Source: Octopus sinensis (Eukaryota). From it: a DNA stretch of 64,000 nt. Location of the stretch: the NCBI RefSeq assembly GCF_006345805.1, contig NC_042999.1, forward strand, positions 30,132,001-30,196,000, given 5' to 3'. The notes beneath the pieces were generated by a model, which was not told the DNA's origin, searched no databases, and saw nothing but the letters and a program-made list of their open reading frames with translations. The translations under genes were made by a program, and so were the position numbers. This document shows positions 37,913-54,790 of the stretch, one piece after another; the first letter of the stretch is position 1, and each line of letters begins with the position of its first letter.

Positions 37913-38874
37913 CCCTCAGTCCTTTCAATACCGCGTTGCTAATCATATTAGCATGATATATTAGGAGGGCAGCCCATTGTAGAACACCGAGATTGCTGTT
38001 TCTTGGACACGCCATATTCAATTAATTGTATAAATATCCGTTTCTACCATAGGCACAAGGCCTGAAATTTTTTGGGAGGGGACTAGTAGATGTAATCGAT
38101 ACCAGAATGTTTCCTTATTCATCGATCACGAAAGGATGAAAGACAAAGTCGACCTCGGTTGAATTTGAACTCAGAACGAGCGAAATAACGCCAAGCATTT
38201 TTGACAGCGTGTTAGCGATTCTTCCAGATCGCTGGCTTAATTATATAAATAATGGCAATTGCGAAATATAAGCTGAACGAATTTGTCAATTATGGAACAC
38301 AATGCAACATGATTACTCTGAGGCAAAATAAGTGACATTCTGAGGAAAGTGATGATCGTTTACACTAATTGCGGTGCTCCACTGGTACTTATTTGGTCGA
38401 CTCCAAAGTTAGGAAAAGCAAAGTCGACATCGGCGGAAATTGAACTGATATCGAAAAATCGGAACAAATGCAGTTAAGTTATTTTATCGAGTGTGCTAAC
38501 AATTGAATCTAAAAGAGGAAAACGATTTAATAAGTATTAAGAATTAGATGTTGAAAATACCTAAGTGAAATACATTACGTTTTAAACGTATATGCTTTGC
38601 AATAACCACCACGCAGACATATCCCCTGGGGGAAATTTATGATCAAGGGATTTATATATATAATTGCCTATATATATACATGGATATATATATGTATATA
38701 TCTTAATGTTTTACGTCTTTTTGTCATTTCAATGTCCCCATGCTGGGGCATCTTGAAGGGATTTAGTCGAACACATGGACCCCGAGACTGATGTTTTGAA
38801 GCTAAATCGTACTCCATCAGCCTTTTTTCCGACACACTATGTTATGGGGACGCAAAGATACCGACCGTGTTATA

Positions 38875-39203
38875 TATTAAAAGACTCCGCCGGTTACGAC
38901 GACGAGGGTCCCAGCTGATACGATCAACGGAACAGCTTGCTCGTGAAATTAACGTGCAAATGGCTGAGCATTCCACAGACACGTGTACCCTTAACGTAGT
39001 TCTCGGGGATAATCAGCGTGACACAGAGAGTGACAAGGCTGACCCTTTGAAATACAAGTACAACTCATTTTTGCCAACTGAGTGGACTGGAGCAACGTGA
39101 AATAAAGTGTCTTGCTCAAGGACACAACGCGTCGCCGGGAATCGAACTCACAACCTTACGATCATGAGCCGAATGCCCTAACCACTAAGCCACGCGCCCT
39201 CAC
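38875..39203 (-). mobile_element. tRNA-derived SINE (family D)
   Basis: Sense gtgagggcgcgtggcttagtggttaggg..gagttcgattcccggcg..gtgtccttgagcaagacactt..ccactcagttggcaaaaatgag. Confidence 0.8.
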
Positions 39204-39258
39204 GTGTTTTATATATATATATATATATATATACATACACACAGAGAGGTTTATATAT

Positions 39259-39348
<90 letters not shown>

Positions 39349-39653
39349 GAGGGCATTATTATACATACATGCCTCATGCTAAGAGGGACATTAGTCATTT
39401 CTACAAAAATTTTACTAATCATACCAATGCAATTTTTCAAAGCAAGACATTTAAAAAAATGAATTTAGTCTTGTATCACCTGTGATTTCCTACTTACCGC
39501 AGGGATTTGCGAAATCACAGGTTGTACAAGACTAAATTCATTTTTTTAAATGTCTTGCTTTGAAAAATTGCATTGGGGATGATTAGTAAAATTTTTGGTA
39601 GAAATGACTAATGTCCCTCTTAGCATGAGGCATGTATGTATAATAATGCCCTC
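39349..39653. mobile_element. Foldback/MITE-like element: ~141-bp inverted arms, 21-bp spacer, TA-flanked
   Basis: 39349-39489 is the reverse complement of 39511-39653 with a few mismatches/indels. Confidence 0.85.
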
Positions 39654-39788
39654 TATATATAAATTAATATGTTCAATAAGAAATAATTATTTTCGAAATT
39701 TTTCTCTTATGAGGTTTTTCACGCTATCTACCTGATAATTTCTTGTTAAGATTCCTTATTAAGAAATTATCCTTAATTGTGAAAAGTT

Positions 39789-39913
<125 letters not shown>

Positions 39914-40082
39914 TGTGTGTGTCTCTATATGTATACACACACGACAGGCTTTCCGTACACCCAAACAAAGAATTTGGTCGGCCCTATACTATAGACGACG
40001 ATGGTGTAGGACTGAACCCGGTACAATGTGGCTGGGTCGCAAGCTTTGTATCACGCACCCACGCCTACGCTTAAATATATAC

Positions 40083-40116
<34 letters not shown>

Positions 40117-42144
40117 CTGCCTGTCTGTCTGTTTCTCTGTCTGTGTCTGTGCATGTGTGTGTGTCAGTGTGTGTACAAAGAGAGAGAGAGAGGGAGAGAG
40201 ACAGAGAGACAGACAGACAGAGCGTAGTATAATTATAGCTATTACTTCATTTACAGAACTACCGGATGTTTGCTACTGTAGTGTTCTAAAATCAAATAGA
40301 GATCCACAAGAGTTTAACTCATTTACATGGGAGCACTACACATGTCAAAAAAATAAGGTCTAGTTGGTTTAAAATAAGTCATGTGGAATTAATAATGTAA
40401 AAAATTACTTAAATTAGGAATGGTGAAGCTAATTTGACAGATTTTTTCCGGAAATGGACACTTTTCTTATTGCATATCTCATGTCTCAGTGTTATGCATG
40501 ACATGTAATAGAGTATGCAATACTTTTATAGTATGACTACTTCCACGAATGTTATGATTTGAAGGTAGCAATGACAAAATGTATGTGTTAACTTATGCAC
40601 TGAACTTGATATTTGTCGTGGTTTTTAAGACGAGAAATTTTAATAATTGTAAGATAAAATAGTGTTTGTTAAGTAAAGCTGGTTGGAATGTATCTTATAG
40701 ATCAAATTATTACATACAGAACGTCCCTCTTCCTTTTAAGGATTTTTGCAAGACAAAGGCAACAAAATAATTTATGCGACTATTATCTGATTGATTTGTC
40801 TAATATGTTCAGTATGGGATTTAATATGAAGAAAAGTAGTTGGATCATACAACACGGAGAATTGGAATCTTCACCCAATCTCATGCGCACACGTACACAC
40901 AAAAAATAATCACTCATAAAATATTACCCATTAATAGAGTATACAAGTCTCTAATGAGTAAAAATTGAAAGTTAAATATAAATAAGAATATAATATGAAT
41001 TAGAAACGATAGAGAAAGTGGGAGCGCATTTAAATTATTAAAGGTACCAAACAGAAATAATAAATCCTTTCTCTTTCAAAAATAAAGGACATCATATTAG
41101 CAACGATATGCAGGAAAAGAGGATTTGAAATGCGGAAGTACTTCATTAAATGGAATAAATCATTTGGATGGAATATCAAATAATCGTGCGTTTACCCTAA
41201 GAAACACCAATTTAAGTGAAACACGAATATGAACAGAAGTTCAATCCCACAGGAGGAAATACCAAAAAATAGCATTCAATGTAACCAAAACTGCATAATA
41301 GCTTAATAGGATGTAGGATGTGAAAAAGGCAATAACATCACAATCCTCATTCAATATCATTACAAAAGAAATTCAGTAACACATTATTAACTGCAAGCAA
41401 GTGAAATTCCCAGCACGATTGATAATGTCCTTTATGTTTAATTGAAAGAGAAGTTTAATTAAGTAGAGCCTTCATTTAATGAATTAATAAATTCATTAGC
41501 ATTAGTGCTTACCAGGAAGGAAAAAGTATAGAGGTCGAAGGCAAAAGAAAGTAACCCTAGATACCAACCTCACTCTCTGAACTATACTACATGCCTATAA
41601 ATCGTTCCCTAACTGCACAAAAGCTAATTCAAATTCCGTGATAGATTGCTTGTTGACCTGAAACGTAATACAGTTTATCACCGGTGTTTTAAGGATACAC
41701 AATCAGATCACAATCACATACCTTCGCACGAGACCAATATGAAATATATCCTACCATCCCAAGATAAAATGAGGAACGCATCTCAAAACTCAGGACCTGT
41801 TAATGAGGAATACATGTAAAACCCATGTAAAACGAAAATATAATCTTAACAATATCTATTCAAGTCATCGATATAATCATTACAAGAGACAACAATTTCA
41901 ACTTTATCAAAGACATGCATTTTAACAGTATCACCGTTAACAGTATTTGCACTGATATCATCATCCTTCTCACCCATATGGCGTCCTATATTGCAGGATA
42001 AGGATAATTTTTTTGTTATAATGTAATTCACATTATGTAGTAGAATATGCGCCATTTTGTTAAACGCCACATCGTATCAGAACAATGGTGTAGTGACATA
42101 TATCATACTCCACCTCCACCTCCTCATCATCATCTCCATCTCTT

Positions 42145-42216
42145 TCTTCTTCTTCTTCTTCTTCTTCTTCTTCTTCTTCTTCTTCTTCTTCTTCTTCTTC
42201 TTCTTCTTCTTCTTCT
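42145..42216. repeat. (TTC)n microsatellite
   Basis: Direct reading. Confidence 0.95.
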
Positions 42217-42807
42217 ACTTCAGCTTTCTTACTTCCGTGCCGGAATAGTTTTCCCGCATATTCGTCTAAATGATTTGAAATCAAGCACTCCCTATCAAAG
42301 AAAACTGTCAGCAATCACTGCAAGAGACATTGGAAGAGAAATGTAATGATAGAGAGAATGGATTCATGAAAGAAATACCGATATTGTGTGTACCAGGTGA
42401 TCTGTATTGTTCGACAACAAGGAACTCGGACAAAGAGTACTTTACACCGTACGCGTTCAGCTCCAAGAAAAGCCAGTTTTTACAGCACATGAAGAATTTC
42501 ACGGTATTTCTTAAGTGTCCAGGTGTTTCTTCAGTACGGCTGGAACAAATTTTATGTTTGACACACGCAGCTGCCTCATCTTGATATTCAGATTTCGTTC
42601 TTGTCACCATTTTCTTTTTCTTTCATGACACTATTTTCATATTCTGCCACAACCACGACAATTATTGGACGCTGTTGCTTGTCTCATCTAAAGACTACTA
42701 TAAACGACCTTCTATGTTCCAACATCATGTCTGTCTGTAAGCAAAAGTCAGAGTATCGTTACCTTGGGAGCAAGCACTCGTTAGCTCATATCCATACTTG
42801 AGTCTAT

Positions 42808-42887
42808 TCTTCTTCTTCTTCTTCTTCTTCTTCTTCTTCTTCTTCTTCTTCTTCTTCTTCTTCATATTATTATTATTATTATTATTA

Positions 42888-42921
<34 letters not shown>
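42808..42921. repeat. (TTC)n followed by (TTA)n, the latter forming the Dong tail
   Basis: Direct reading. Confidence 0.95.
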
Positions 42922-42923
<2 letters not shown>

Positions 42924-44520
42924 CGTAGTTTTATTTTTATAGCGTGCTTTCCCTTCACTACCGAGCGCAGCTCTGTGTGCCTTGGGTATGTGCTGTGATT
43001 TGTTGTGATGCTCTGATGGTTATTGTATGGAAAGTGTTCTGCGTAGGATGTGTGCAGTGACTAGTAGTGCAAGTTTCTGTATGTTATATGTGTTTGTAAG
43101 TCCTGGTGTTTTGTTATGTATTTGTCTGAATATTTTTTTATCATGCCTAATGCACATACTATGATAGGAATTGTTTCTGTTGTCAGATTCCACATTCTGG
43201 TTACATCTATTTCCAGGTCTTTGTATTTTGAAAGTTTCTCCATTTCTTTTAGAGACACGTTGTCATCTGCCGGTATTGATACATTAATTAGAAAGCATTT
43301 TTTCTTCATGATCTCTGACAACTATATCAGTTGTAGTGGCCTTAAAATCTCTATCTGTATGTATCGGCATATCCCAGAGTATGTTTGCTTTCTCGTTTTC
43401 TGTGACCTTTTCTGGTGTGTGCCTATACCATCTTTTTTCTGTTGTTATTCCATAATGTTGGTATAGCTTCCAGTGTATGTAGGTCTCAATTCCGTCATGT
43501 CTGTGAATATATTCCTTCTTAGCCGGGACTGGGCCGGCAGAGATAACGTGATGCATTGTTTCTTGCCCATCTCCACATATTCAGCAGTTACTTTTTAGGT
43601 TTCTTTTCATTATATGTGATTGGTAATTTCTGGTGGGGAGGCTTTGGTATTGTGCCTCAATTAAAAATCTATCAATCTCTGCTTTGAGTCCTGATCTTCT
43701 TAACCATTGCTGTGATTTTTCTCAGTCTATTTCTTTTGAATAAAGTTTAGCCCAGTATTTTCCATGAAGAGGCTTTTCTTGCATTCGTTTTATCATGGTC
43801 CGTTGCTGTCCTAGTTTTAGTTTGGATTTCATTTGTTTAATAGCTTTTGTTGTTTCTTCATCTTCTTCTTCGTATTTGTTAGGTAGTATGATTTCTTAAA
43901 TACTGAGAACAGTTTTTTGTTTTGCTCGTGTTTTGCCGCTATTTGTATCAGTTTTCCTTTCTTCTGAAGTAGATATTCTGGCAGTCCTATGGTGGTTATT
44001 TTATAGTAGTTTTCCAGTTTTATATATAGTCTTTCTATGTCAGATTGTGGGTGATGCATCCTAGATCCTGTCATTATTTTTCTTGTTTTCCTAACTATTT
44101 TGGTCAGTTCATTTAGTCTCCAGTTAAGGATATTGTAGCTGTAACTTAAAACTGGGATAGTTAAAGTGTTAATACCTATTATCTTGTTTTTAGCATTGAC
44201 ATCTGTTTTCAGTATTGGTCTAACTCGTCAATAATATTCTTTTTTTTAATTTTCTCTTTCATTTGTGCTTGTTGTGTCTTATCTAGTTCATGGATTCCTA
44301 AGTATTTGTAAGTTTGGCTTTGGTCTAATTATTTTATTTCATTGGTTTTATCTAGTGTGATGTTGCTACTCTTAACTAGTTTTCCTCTTTTCAGGGTTAA
44401 TTTGGCGCATTTTTTCTAATCCAAATTTCATATCTATTTCTTTGGTAAATCAATGAACTGTCTTTAATAGTGTTTCCAGCTGTTTGTTATTTGCAGCGTA
44501 TAGTTTTAGGTTATTAAAAA
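42922..44520 (-). mobile_element. R4/Dong LINE, 5'-truncated, with intact 3' UTR
   Basis: MHHPQSDIERLY, KEYIHRHD, ILWDMPIHTDR, INVSIPADDNVSLKEMEKLSKYKDLEI; 3' UTR nearly identical to 46150-46260. Confidence 0.9.
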
Positions 44521-44583
44521 TAGATAAAGATAGATAAATAATAATAATAATAATTATTATTATTTTTATAATAATTTTATTAA

Positions 44584-44655
<72 letters not shown>

Positions 44656-44659
44656 CATC

Positions 44660-44920
44660 ACCATCATCAGCATTACCATTGAAGACGCAGCACAGTATCC
44701 ATTATAGTGATGTTCTTGATTGAAGCTATTGTTTACCGGGAATTTGTACTGTTTGTCAAGCCACAACAAGTACCAAAGACAGACTACTTCATGCAATATG
44801 AGGGTAGTTCCAAGTAATGCCAATTTTTGCTAGACACCTAGATTGTAGGTTGCTTCTAAAGTTTCCAGACTCTCTTCAGTTTCGGTGGTAATGCGCCCAA
44901 TGCTCAGATGACAATACGGT
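44660..44920 (-). mobile_element. R4/Dong 3' remnant with (AAT)n tail at 44577-44655
   Basis: IVI.ALGAL..QKLALLGTTLILH resembles the REL C-terminus. Confidence 0.5.
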
Positions 44921-45109
44921 CCAATTTTATGTTAGACTCTGTAAGTAGACATAATCTACTATGTCGATTATTAGACACATGTATGTTACCCTACTGAAGG
45001 TTACTATATCTCGACTTCAGGTAACTAACCACTTACCTGTCTGGAAGTCAAGGTTCCTGCAGATTTTTGCCTACTAGTTTTCGTCCATTACATTATAGTA
45101 TTCTATTTT

Positions 45110-45990
45110 TATTTTCTTTCATTTGTGCTCGTTGTATCGTATCTAGTTCATTAATTCCTTAATATTACTATGTCAGATATTGGTCTTATCTCTTCTTTCA
45201 TTTCCTTTATCTACTGTGATGTTGCTACACTTAACTAGGTTTCCTCTTTTCAATTTTGCTTTGGCACACTTTTCTAAGACATATTTGATATTTATTTCTA
45301 TGTTAAACCGATGTACAGTCTGCAGTAATGTTTCAAACTGGTAATCATTTGCAGCGTACAGTTTTAGGTTATCCATATATAAGAGGCGACTGATTGTTTT
45401 GCCGTAACAGTTGTATCCGCGTGCAGTGCTGCTTAGTGCATGCAGTTCTGCGTCAGTGCCAAGCAGAAAAGGAGTGGAGGTAGCGTGTCTCCCTGGAATA
45501 TACCTCTTCTAATATAGATGGCTTTGGCTTTTATGAGTCCCTCTCTTGATTGGAGCTGTATCACTGTCTGCCAGTTGTTCATGGAATGTGTTATGTATTT
45601 TATAATTGTTGGTGCTACCATCTTCATGGCTAGAGGTTATAGGATCCATATATGTAGAACACTATAAAAAGCCTTTCAGGAATCGATCAAGGCTCCACTT
45701 ACAACATTCTTCTTCCTCTTGCAGCATCCCCTCCGCTCTTCTAGAAAAATGTTGTTTTCTTCCAGAAGCTTCCTCATTCTCGGCGATATTATTGCAGTAA
45801 AGTGTTTGTAACTTGTAGTGAGATAAGTTATTGACCTGTAATTTTGAGTGTGTGCCGTTTCAGTGGAATTGGGAATAAGGATAGTCTTCTCTTCCCTGTG
45901 CCATTCAGGCAATATCTCTGTTTCTGCTAATGTGGTCTTAAATTTCTCAGATATTTTAACCAGAAGTTCGGGATCTTATCATGCCCGTGT
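45110..45990 (-). mobile_element. R4/Dong RT fragment
   Basis: NYRSITYLTT, RRGIFQGDTLPPLLFCLAL, MDNLKLYAAND. Confidence 0.85.
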
Positions 45991-46007
45991 GCATTCCAGT
46001 TGCTAAA

Positions 46008-48988
<2,981 letters not shown>

Positions 48989-49425
48989 TCCTTCTTTCAA
49001 ATTTGCTTCCATTTCTTGCCGAGTGTCTTCCCGACTCCTAGGGCAAAGAAACTCATAGTATACTTTGGGAGGCCATGAAACTAAACTCAATAATTCGTTC
49101 ATTTTTTTAAAGTTAAATTAAAATACATGGGTAGTAATAGTTCTCACATCGACAATGCTCTTCTCAATACGTGTGATGTACCAGTTAAGACAATATTTTG
49201 CACTTCTTGCAGAGATGGTAAGCCAGGGATCATTCTCTTATAATTTTCGGTTCCCTTCTTGATCATTCCTAGTGCTCCTACGATCACTGGTATTATAACC
49301 GCTTTGAGATGCTACATTTTCTCAATTTCAATGAGCAAGTCTTTATATTTTCTGAGCTTGTCAAACTCTTTCGCCGAGATATTATGATCACAGGGGATGC
49401 TCATGTCGATCAATAAGCAAACTTT
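48989..49425 (-). mobile_element. R4/Dong 3' fragment of a different subfamily (REL domain plus 3' UTR)
   Basis: LLIDMSIPCDHNISAKEFDKLRKYKDL..PVIVGALGMIKKG..GTSHVLRRALSM read on the minus strand. Confidence 0.8.
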
Positions 49426-49489
49426 ATTGTTTTGTTTTTTTTAATTATTACTATTATTATTATTATTATTATTATTAGTATCATTATTA

Positions 49490-49995
49490 TTGAGTGAGAG
49501 AGCAGTTCATGCCATCAAAGTGACACTGGGGTAAATTATACGAAGCCCAAAATACCCATCATGACTACCCGTCTGATAAGTGTACACTAGGCACATGCAT
49601 CACAACCATATGGGCGCGACATGGTGATCTCATATCAAAATAAACAGCACATGACCTTGCAGGTGGGGCCCAGTTAGGATTTTCTTCAGGTTGAGTAGCC
49701 GATCCCGCTCAAAAGCTCCCTGAATAAGGTTTGTTTAAGGATGTAGAAAGAACCACCCATGTTTCCAGAGTTGAATTATTCAAACCCCAAAGAATCCCTC
49801 TCAACACATGGCTATGATGCTCCCCCACTTCTTCTGCTCGTGATCAGAGATGCACATATCGTCAGCCACTAAGGGACATGCTCAACTGGTTAAAGTCAAA
49901 CAATTGACAAGCAAATCTGTGGTATTGAGCTGAATATTTGCTGTAGCCCATCTTTTATACCAAGACAAAACAACGTACATGATAACACTTTCAAT
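49490..49995 (-). repeat. Unclassified ~500-bp non-coding interspersed repeat flanked by (TTA)n on both sides
   Basis: (TTA)n at 49440-49490 and 50010-50170; partial second copy at 5950-6160. Confidence 0.65.
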
Positions 49996-50022
49996 CAGTT
50001 AAGATCAGGGCATTTATTATTA

Positions 50023-50093
<71 letters not shown>

Positions 50094-50447
50094 GTTATTA
50101 TTATTATTATCTTTAATATTATCATTATTATTATTATTATTACTATTATTAGTATTATTGTTGTTGTTGGTGTTGTTGTTGTTGTTGCTACTGCAGCTGC
50201 GGTTTTTCTTGTAGGAGATGGTAGTGGTGAGGTAGAAGTTGTCAATTCTGTTTGTTCTATTTTATGGCCAATGAGGTGCCACTAGTACTCTGTGAGTTAT
50301 ACACTCATTTTTGTGGTTGTTAGTCTATTCCTCTATACTGGGTGGAATTTCGAAGGGATCATAACGTTCTACTCAAAATCCTTGTCATCTTCCTTAGGTA
50401 GGAAAAATTTCAACGAGAAATATTTTATTCTTTAACTATTTAAACAT

Positions 50448-50925
50448 GCAATATGGTAAAGTCTACTTCGACAAAAGGAGAAGAGAGGAAGGTGGACGCT
50501 AGCTTTGAAGGTTAAATTGACTTTCACTGTCATATTTTACCGGTTGAAATAACAAATACGGAAAGAGGTTGTAGAAGCAGAATCGACAAGATCAACAACA
50601 CCGACAAAATGTAAAAGAATAAAATCATTTGAGACAACAGCAACAAAAACACCGCTGCTCTCACAGAAGCCAACATAAGCAACAACACTGAAAAATGAAA
50701 ATTAATAAGAGGTGAAAAGAAAATTTTTCGCACATGACACTTGGAAATTCAGTCACAGCCGCCAGCGCTACTAACATTGGCGCAACGCAATCGCTGAAAC
50801 GGATGGAAAAAGAGAAATCATACAGTATTGCAACTGTAGTGCGTCAAAGAATCCAAAACATATATCAGTGGATTGACGGTCTAAAAAGTGAATGAAACCT
50901 ATTAAAAAGAAAGTGAAGAAAGTTA
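50448..50925 (+). repeat. Copy 1 of a diverged ~500-bp direct repeat (continues at 51350-51420 beyond a SINE)
   Basis: Collinear with 52325-52870 (ggagaagagagga, aaatacggaaagaggttgtag, atgaaaattaataag, agccgccagcgctac, gtggattgacg). Confidence 0.8.
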
Positions 50926-50939
50926 ACTCTGAACATATA

Positions 50940-51345
50940 GGCGCAGGAGTGGCTGTGTGGTAAGTAACTTGCTTCCCAACCACATGGCTCTGGGTTCATT
51001 CCCACTGCGTTGTACCTTGGGCAAGTGTCTTGTACTATAGCCTCGGGCCGATCAAAGCCTTGTGAGTGGATTTGCTAGACGGAAACTGAAGGAAGCCCGT
51101 CGTATATATGTATATATATGTGTATGTATGTGTGTATATGTTAGTGTGTCTGTGTCTGTCCCCCCAACATCGCTTTATCACCGATGGTGGTGTTTTTACA
51201 TCCCCGTAACGTAGCGGTTCGGCCAAAAAGACCAATAGAATAAGTACTAGGCCTAGAGAGAATAAGTACCGGGGTCGATTTGCTCGACTAAAGGCGGTGC
51301 TCCAGCATGGCCGCAGTAATGTTGGCTGAAACAAGTAAAAGAGTC
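50940..51345 (+). mobile_element. SINE family A, complete copy
   Basis: tRNA-like head ggcgcaggagtggctgtgtggtaag..gggttcattcccactgcg, internal (TA)(TG) tract, body ggggtcgatttgctcgactaaaggcggtgctccagcatgg, tail gaaacaagtaaaag. Confidence 0.85.
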
Positions 51346-51419
51346 TTAAAACTGCTAATGGTACACGGAGAAGACCTATATATAGAAAACAAGAAGTGTA
51401 AAAATATATACATAAGAAA

Positions 51420-52300
51420 GATTGACGTTGCTACTCTCATATAGTTTTCCTGTTTTCAATGTTGCTTTGGCATATTTTTCTAAGATATGTTTGACTTTTG
51501 TTTCTTTGGTAAATCCTTGTACTGTCTGCAGTAATATTTCCATCTGTAAATCATTTCTTGCGTACCGTTTTAGGTCATACATATATAAGATGTGACTTTT
51601 TTTTTTGCCGTAACAGTTGTATCTGCATGCAGTTTTGCTTAGAATGTGAGATAAAAATGTCAGTGCCAAGCAGAACATGGGTGGAGGGAGCGTGTCACCC
51701 TGGAATATTCCTCTTGTAATTGGAATGGCTTTGATTTTTATGCGTCCCTCTTTTCTTTGGAGTTATTCGTGGAGTGTTATATATTTTATGATTACTGTTG
51801 CTACCTTGTTCCTGGTTAATGTTTCTAGGATCCATGTTTCGGGAACGCTATCAAAAGCATTTCGATAATCGATCCAGGCAATACTTAGTCCCTTCTTCTT
51901 TCTGTGGCTGTCTGAAATTATGCCTATATTGATCAGTAGTCGATATTTACAGTCGTATGAGCCCTTGCAGCATCCCACCTGCTTGTCTGGCAACAGGTTT
52001 GTTTTCTTCCAGATATTTGCCTATTCTCTATGATATTATTGTATTTGCAAATTGTAGGGAGGCAAGTTATTGGTCTGTAATTTTCTGGGTTAGACGTTTT
52101 AAGGAATTGGAAATTAGGTTAGTCTTCCCATCTCTGAGCCATTCAGGCATTGTCTCCGGCTCTGCTAGTAAGTCATTAAAATTCTAAGTCAGTTACTTAT
52201 GCGTTACTGTCAGATATTTTAACCAGAAGTTGAGGATCTTATCTTGCCCAGGTGCATTCCAGATGCTTAGTTTGGTCGATGGTCCCAAGGAGGACGATTT
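51420..52300 (-). mobile_element. R4/Dong RT fragment
   Basis: AWIDYRNAFDSVPETWILETL, GIFQG, HILYMYDLK. Confidence 0.8.
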
Positions 52301-52324
52301 TCTTCTGTGACTATTTAAATATAT

Positions 52325-52870
52325 AATATGGTGAAATCTACTTCAGCAAACGGAGAAGAGAGGATGGTGGAAGCTAGTTTGAAGGCGAAACTGACATTCA
52401 CTGTCACTTTTTTTTCCGTTTGAACAAGCAAATACGGAAAGAGGTTGTAGCAGCAGAATTGACAAGATCAAAATCAACGACAAAATGTAAGAGAATAAAA
52501 ACATTTGAAACAACAGCAATAAATACACCACCAGAAACCTAAGCAACAACACTGAAGAATGAAAATTAATAAGCGGTAAAAAGAAAATGTTTCGCACATG
52601 ACATGTGCAAATTCATTTCATAGCCGCCAGCGCTACCAATATTAATGCAACAAAATCGCTGAAAATTACGCAAAAAAGACGAATCGAAATTTATTGTTTT
52701 GCTTCTGCAGCGCATCAAAGCAACCAAATATATATCTGTGGATTGACGTTTAAAATATGACAGAAGCCTATTAAAAAACGGGGAGAAGGGTACCACTTAG
52801 CACTGCTAATGTTACACGTGGAAGAAAGATACATACAAAGCAAGAAGAGTAAAAATACGTACATAATAAT
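52325..52870 (+). repeat. Copy 2 of the diverged direct repeat
   Basis: See 50448-50925. Confidence 0.8.
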
Positions 52871-54429
52871 GGGTTCCACAGCAGCAAATTCTGTCTCTGT
52901 TCAGTGTGCGGCATAAAATCTTACGTCGTAAGAAGGAAGCAATATGCTACTCTGCAGTAGAGATTGTCTTATAGAGTAGGAGGCCAGGAAGCACTTTGCA
53001 TTGACCTTAAAAATTTAAATAAAACAAAGGCAGGTGACAACTACTGCAGCAGAAACTTACAGGATAAGTAGTATCGACATCAAGTACAGGAGCATCTGCA
53101 GCAAGAACAGAAACTACTAGTTGAACAGCATCAACAACATAAACAACTACTTTGGAAATAACAATAATAATGAGAAAAGAGAACTCAGCAACAACTATGG
53201 CTTTCATATTACGGACAACAGCAAAAACAACCATATTGGAATCCCACAAACAACGTGAATATTATCAACAAAGAACATCAAATACTTACCTATAAGATGC
53301 ACCTCCGTCTTCGGACTAGCCGGTTAAATCCTTGGTGAGTTTCAACAGCAATAGGTCATACACATTATTCTAACATCAAATAATTCATGAAGCGCCAGAA
53401 AATTTAAATACCCTGAGGGAATAGGGCATTTCAGGAGAAATGTCAACTAAAGCCTTTATTAAAAACTGCTCATGGAAATCTCTACATATCACGATGGACC
53501 ATCGTATCCCACTTCCTCAATATAATCTTTCCAAGTACCCTTTTCCGAATCTATTCCTTAATTTAACACGGCCTTGCTCAGCACAGGGAGTTTGAATTCA
53601 CATGCGCTGGGGTCATATTGGAACAAGGTCATCCATGATTCATTATGTGTAGATACACTGACTAACAGTGAAACAGAATCTGACAGACGAACGTACCTGG
53701 GCGTTCTGTTCGATACGGATATATTTCTCTTCATCTCAAACGGGAATGGAAGAAAAGATTGAACAGAGTTGTTGTACCGATGAGGTCTGCATAAGGACTA
53801 TCCTCCGGGATCTAAAAAGTATGTTGCTTGTCCTGCATGTGAACGGTGGTGATGGGCATTCCCTCAGACTCGCGGTTGTTCATACACCAACATCAATAGG
53901 ACAAAGATATTTTTTCAGTTGTCTGGAGAATTTTTCTGAGAAATATGTCGACGTTTTGTGATACTCGGCGATTAGATCACCATCTTAGGGGTAATCTAGA
54001 ATGCGTGAACTGGTGGGTAGATGAGGGGCTACTAAAAGCCTCTGAAACCTGATCAGACATTCTCACCTTTCGGACCATAACCGAATGGATTTTCCGGATA
54101 CTCCAACACGGATAGAGATTAATAGCATCGGGTATTCTAGTTCGTATCGAGAAAGGAATTTCTGCATACCCGTAGATAAAAACAGTATAAATTGTCCACT
54201 TTTTGAAAATTGTCAGTTACACATACCACATATTTGCGATATATACGGGCAACCTAAAAAGACCTAGAAAGTAGAGACGTGATTATTGGGAGCTGTAGGA
54301 GTAAATCGCGACGTGGCAAGCTTACGGAATACAGATTAGAAATTAGTTCAGAGGCATCGACGAGATCAATTACCAACAACAATTGAGGTATTTTTCTCAA
54401 AAAGTTAAATTACAGTCGAATCAGTTAAG

Positions 54430-54790
54430 CTTTAAAAAGACATAAGTGTTAGAAAGAAATAGAATACAAGCGAACATAGAAACTTAGAAGAGATGCTTAT
54501 TAAAATAATTGCAAATGACGAGCTGGTGCTGAGATTAACCTTGCCCCATTTTGCAACTCGTAGCATGAAGGATGCATTGTCAGAGCTAACGTGTTCCATG
54601 TCAAGAAAGAAATAAAGCCGCTCGATGGCCCCAAGTTGCAGAGACGCAATACCACAATTTGTTCTTCGGTGGACCAAACTTGGCGCACGGTACTCAAGCC
54701 CGAATAGTTGTTTCAAACATTTAAACAGCACCTTGTCCAATGGTTTGGGACAAATGGCAACCGGGCTTCATATGATGGAAGTCAGTTCGT
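54430..54790 (-). pseudogene. Possible pogo/Tigger-type (DDE_1) transposase remnant
   Basis: With one frameshift the minus strand reads CHLSQ-PLDKVLFKCLK, resembling the SHLLQPLD..F..LK motif. Little else is recognisable. Confidence 0.35.

Noticed and set aside
53668-53961. ORF with LLVLHVNGGDGHS resembling a DDE_1 motif
   Set aside because: Single weak motif; the expected QPLD motif does not follow on this strand.
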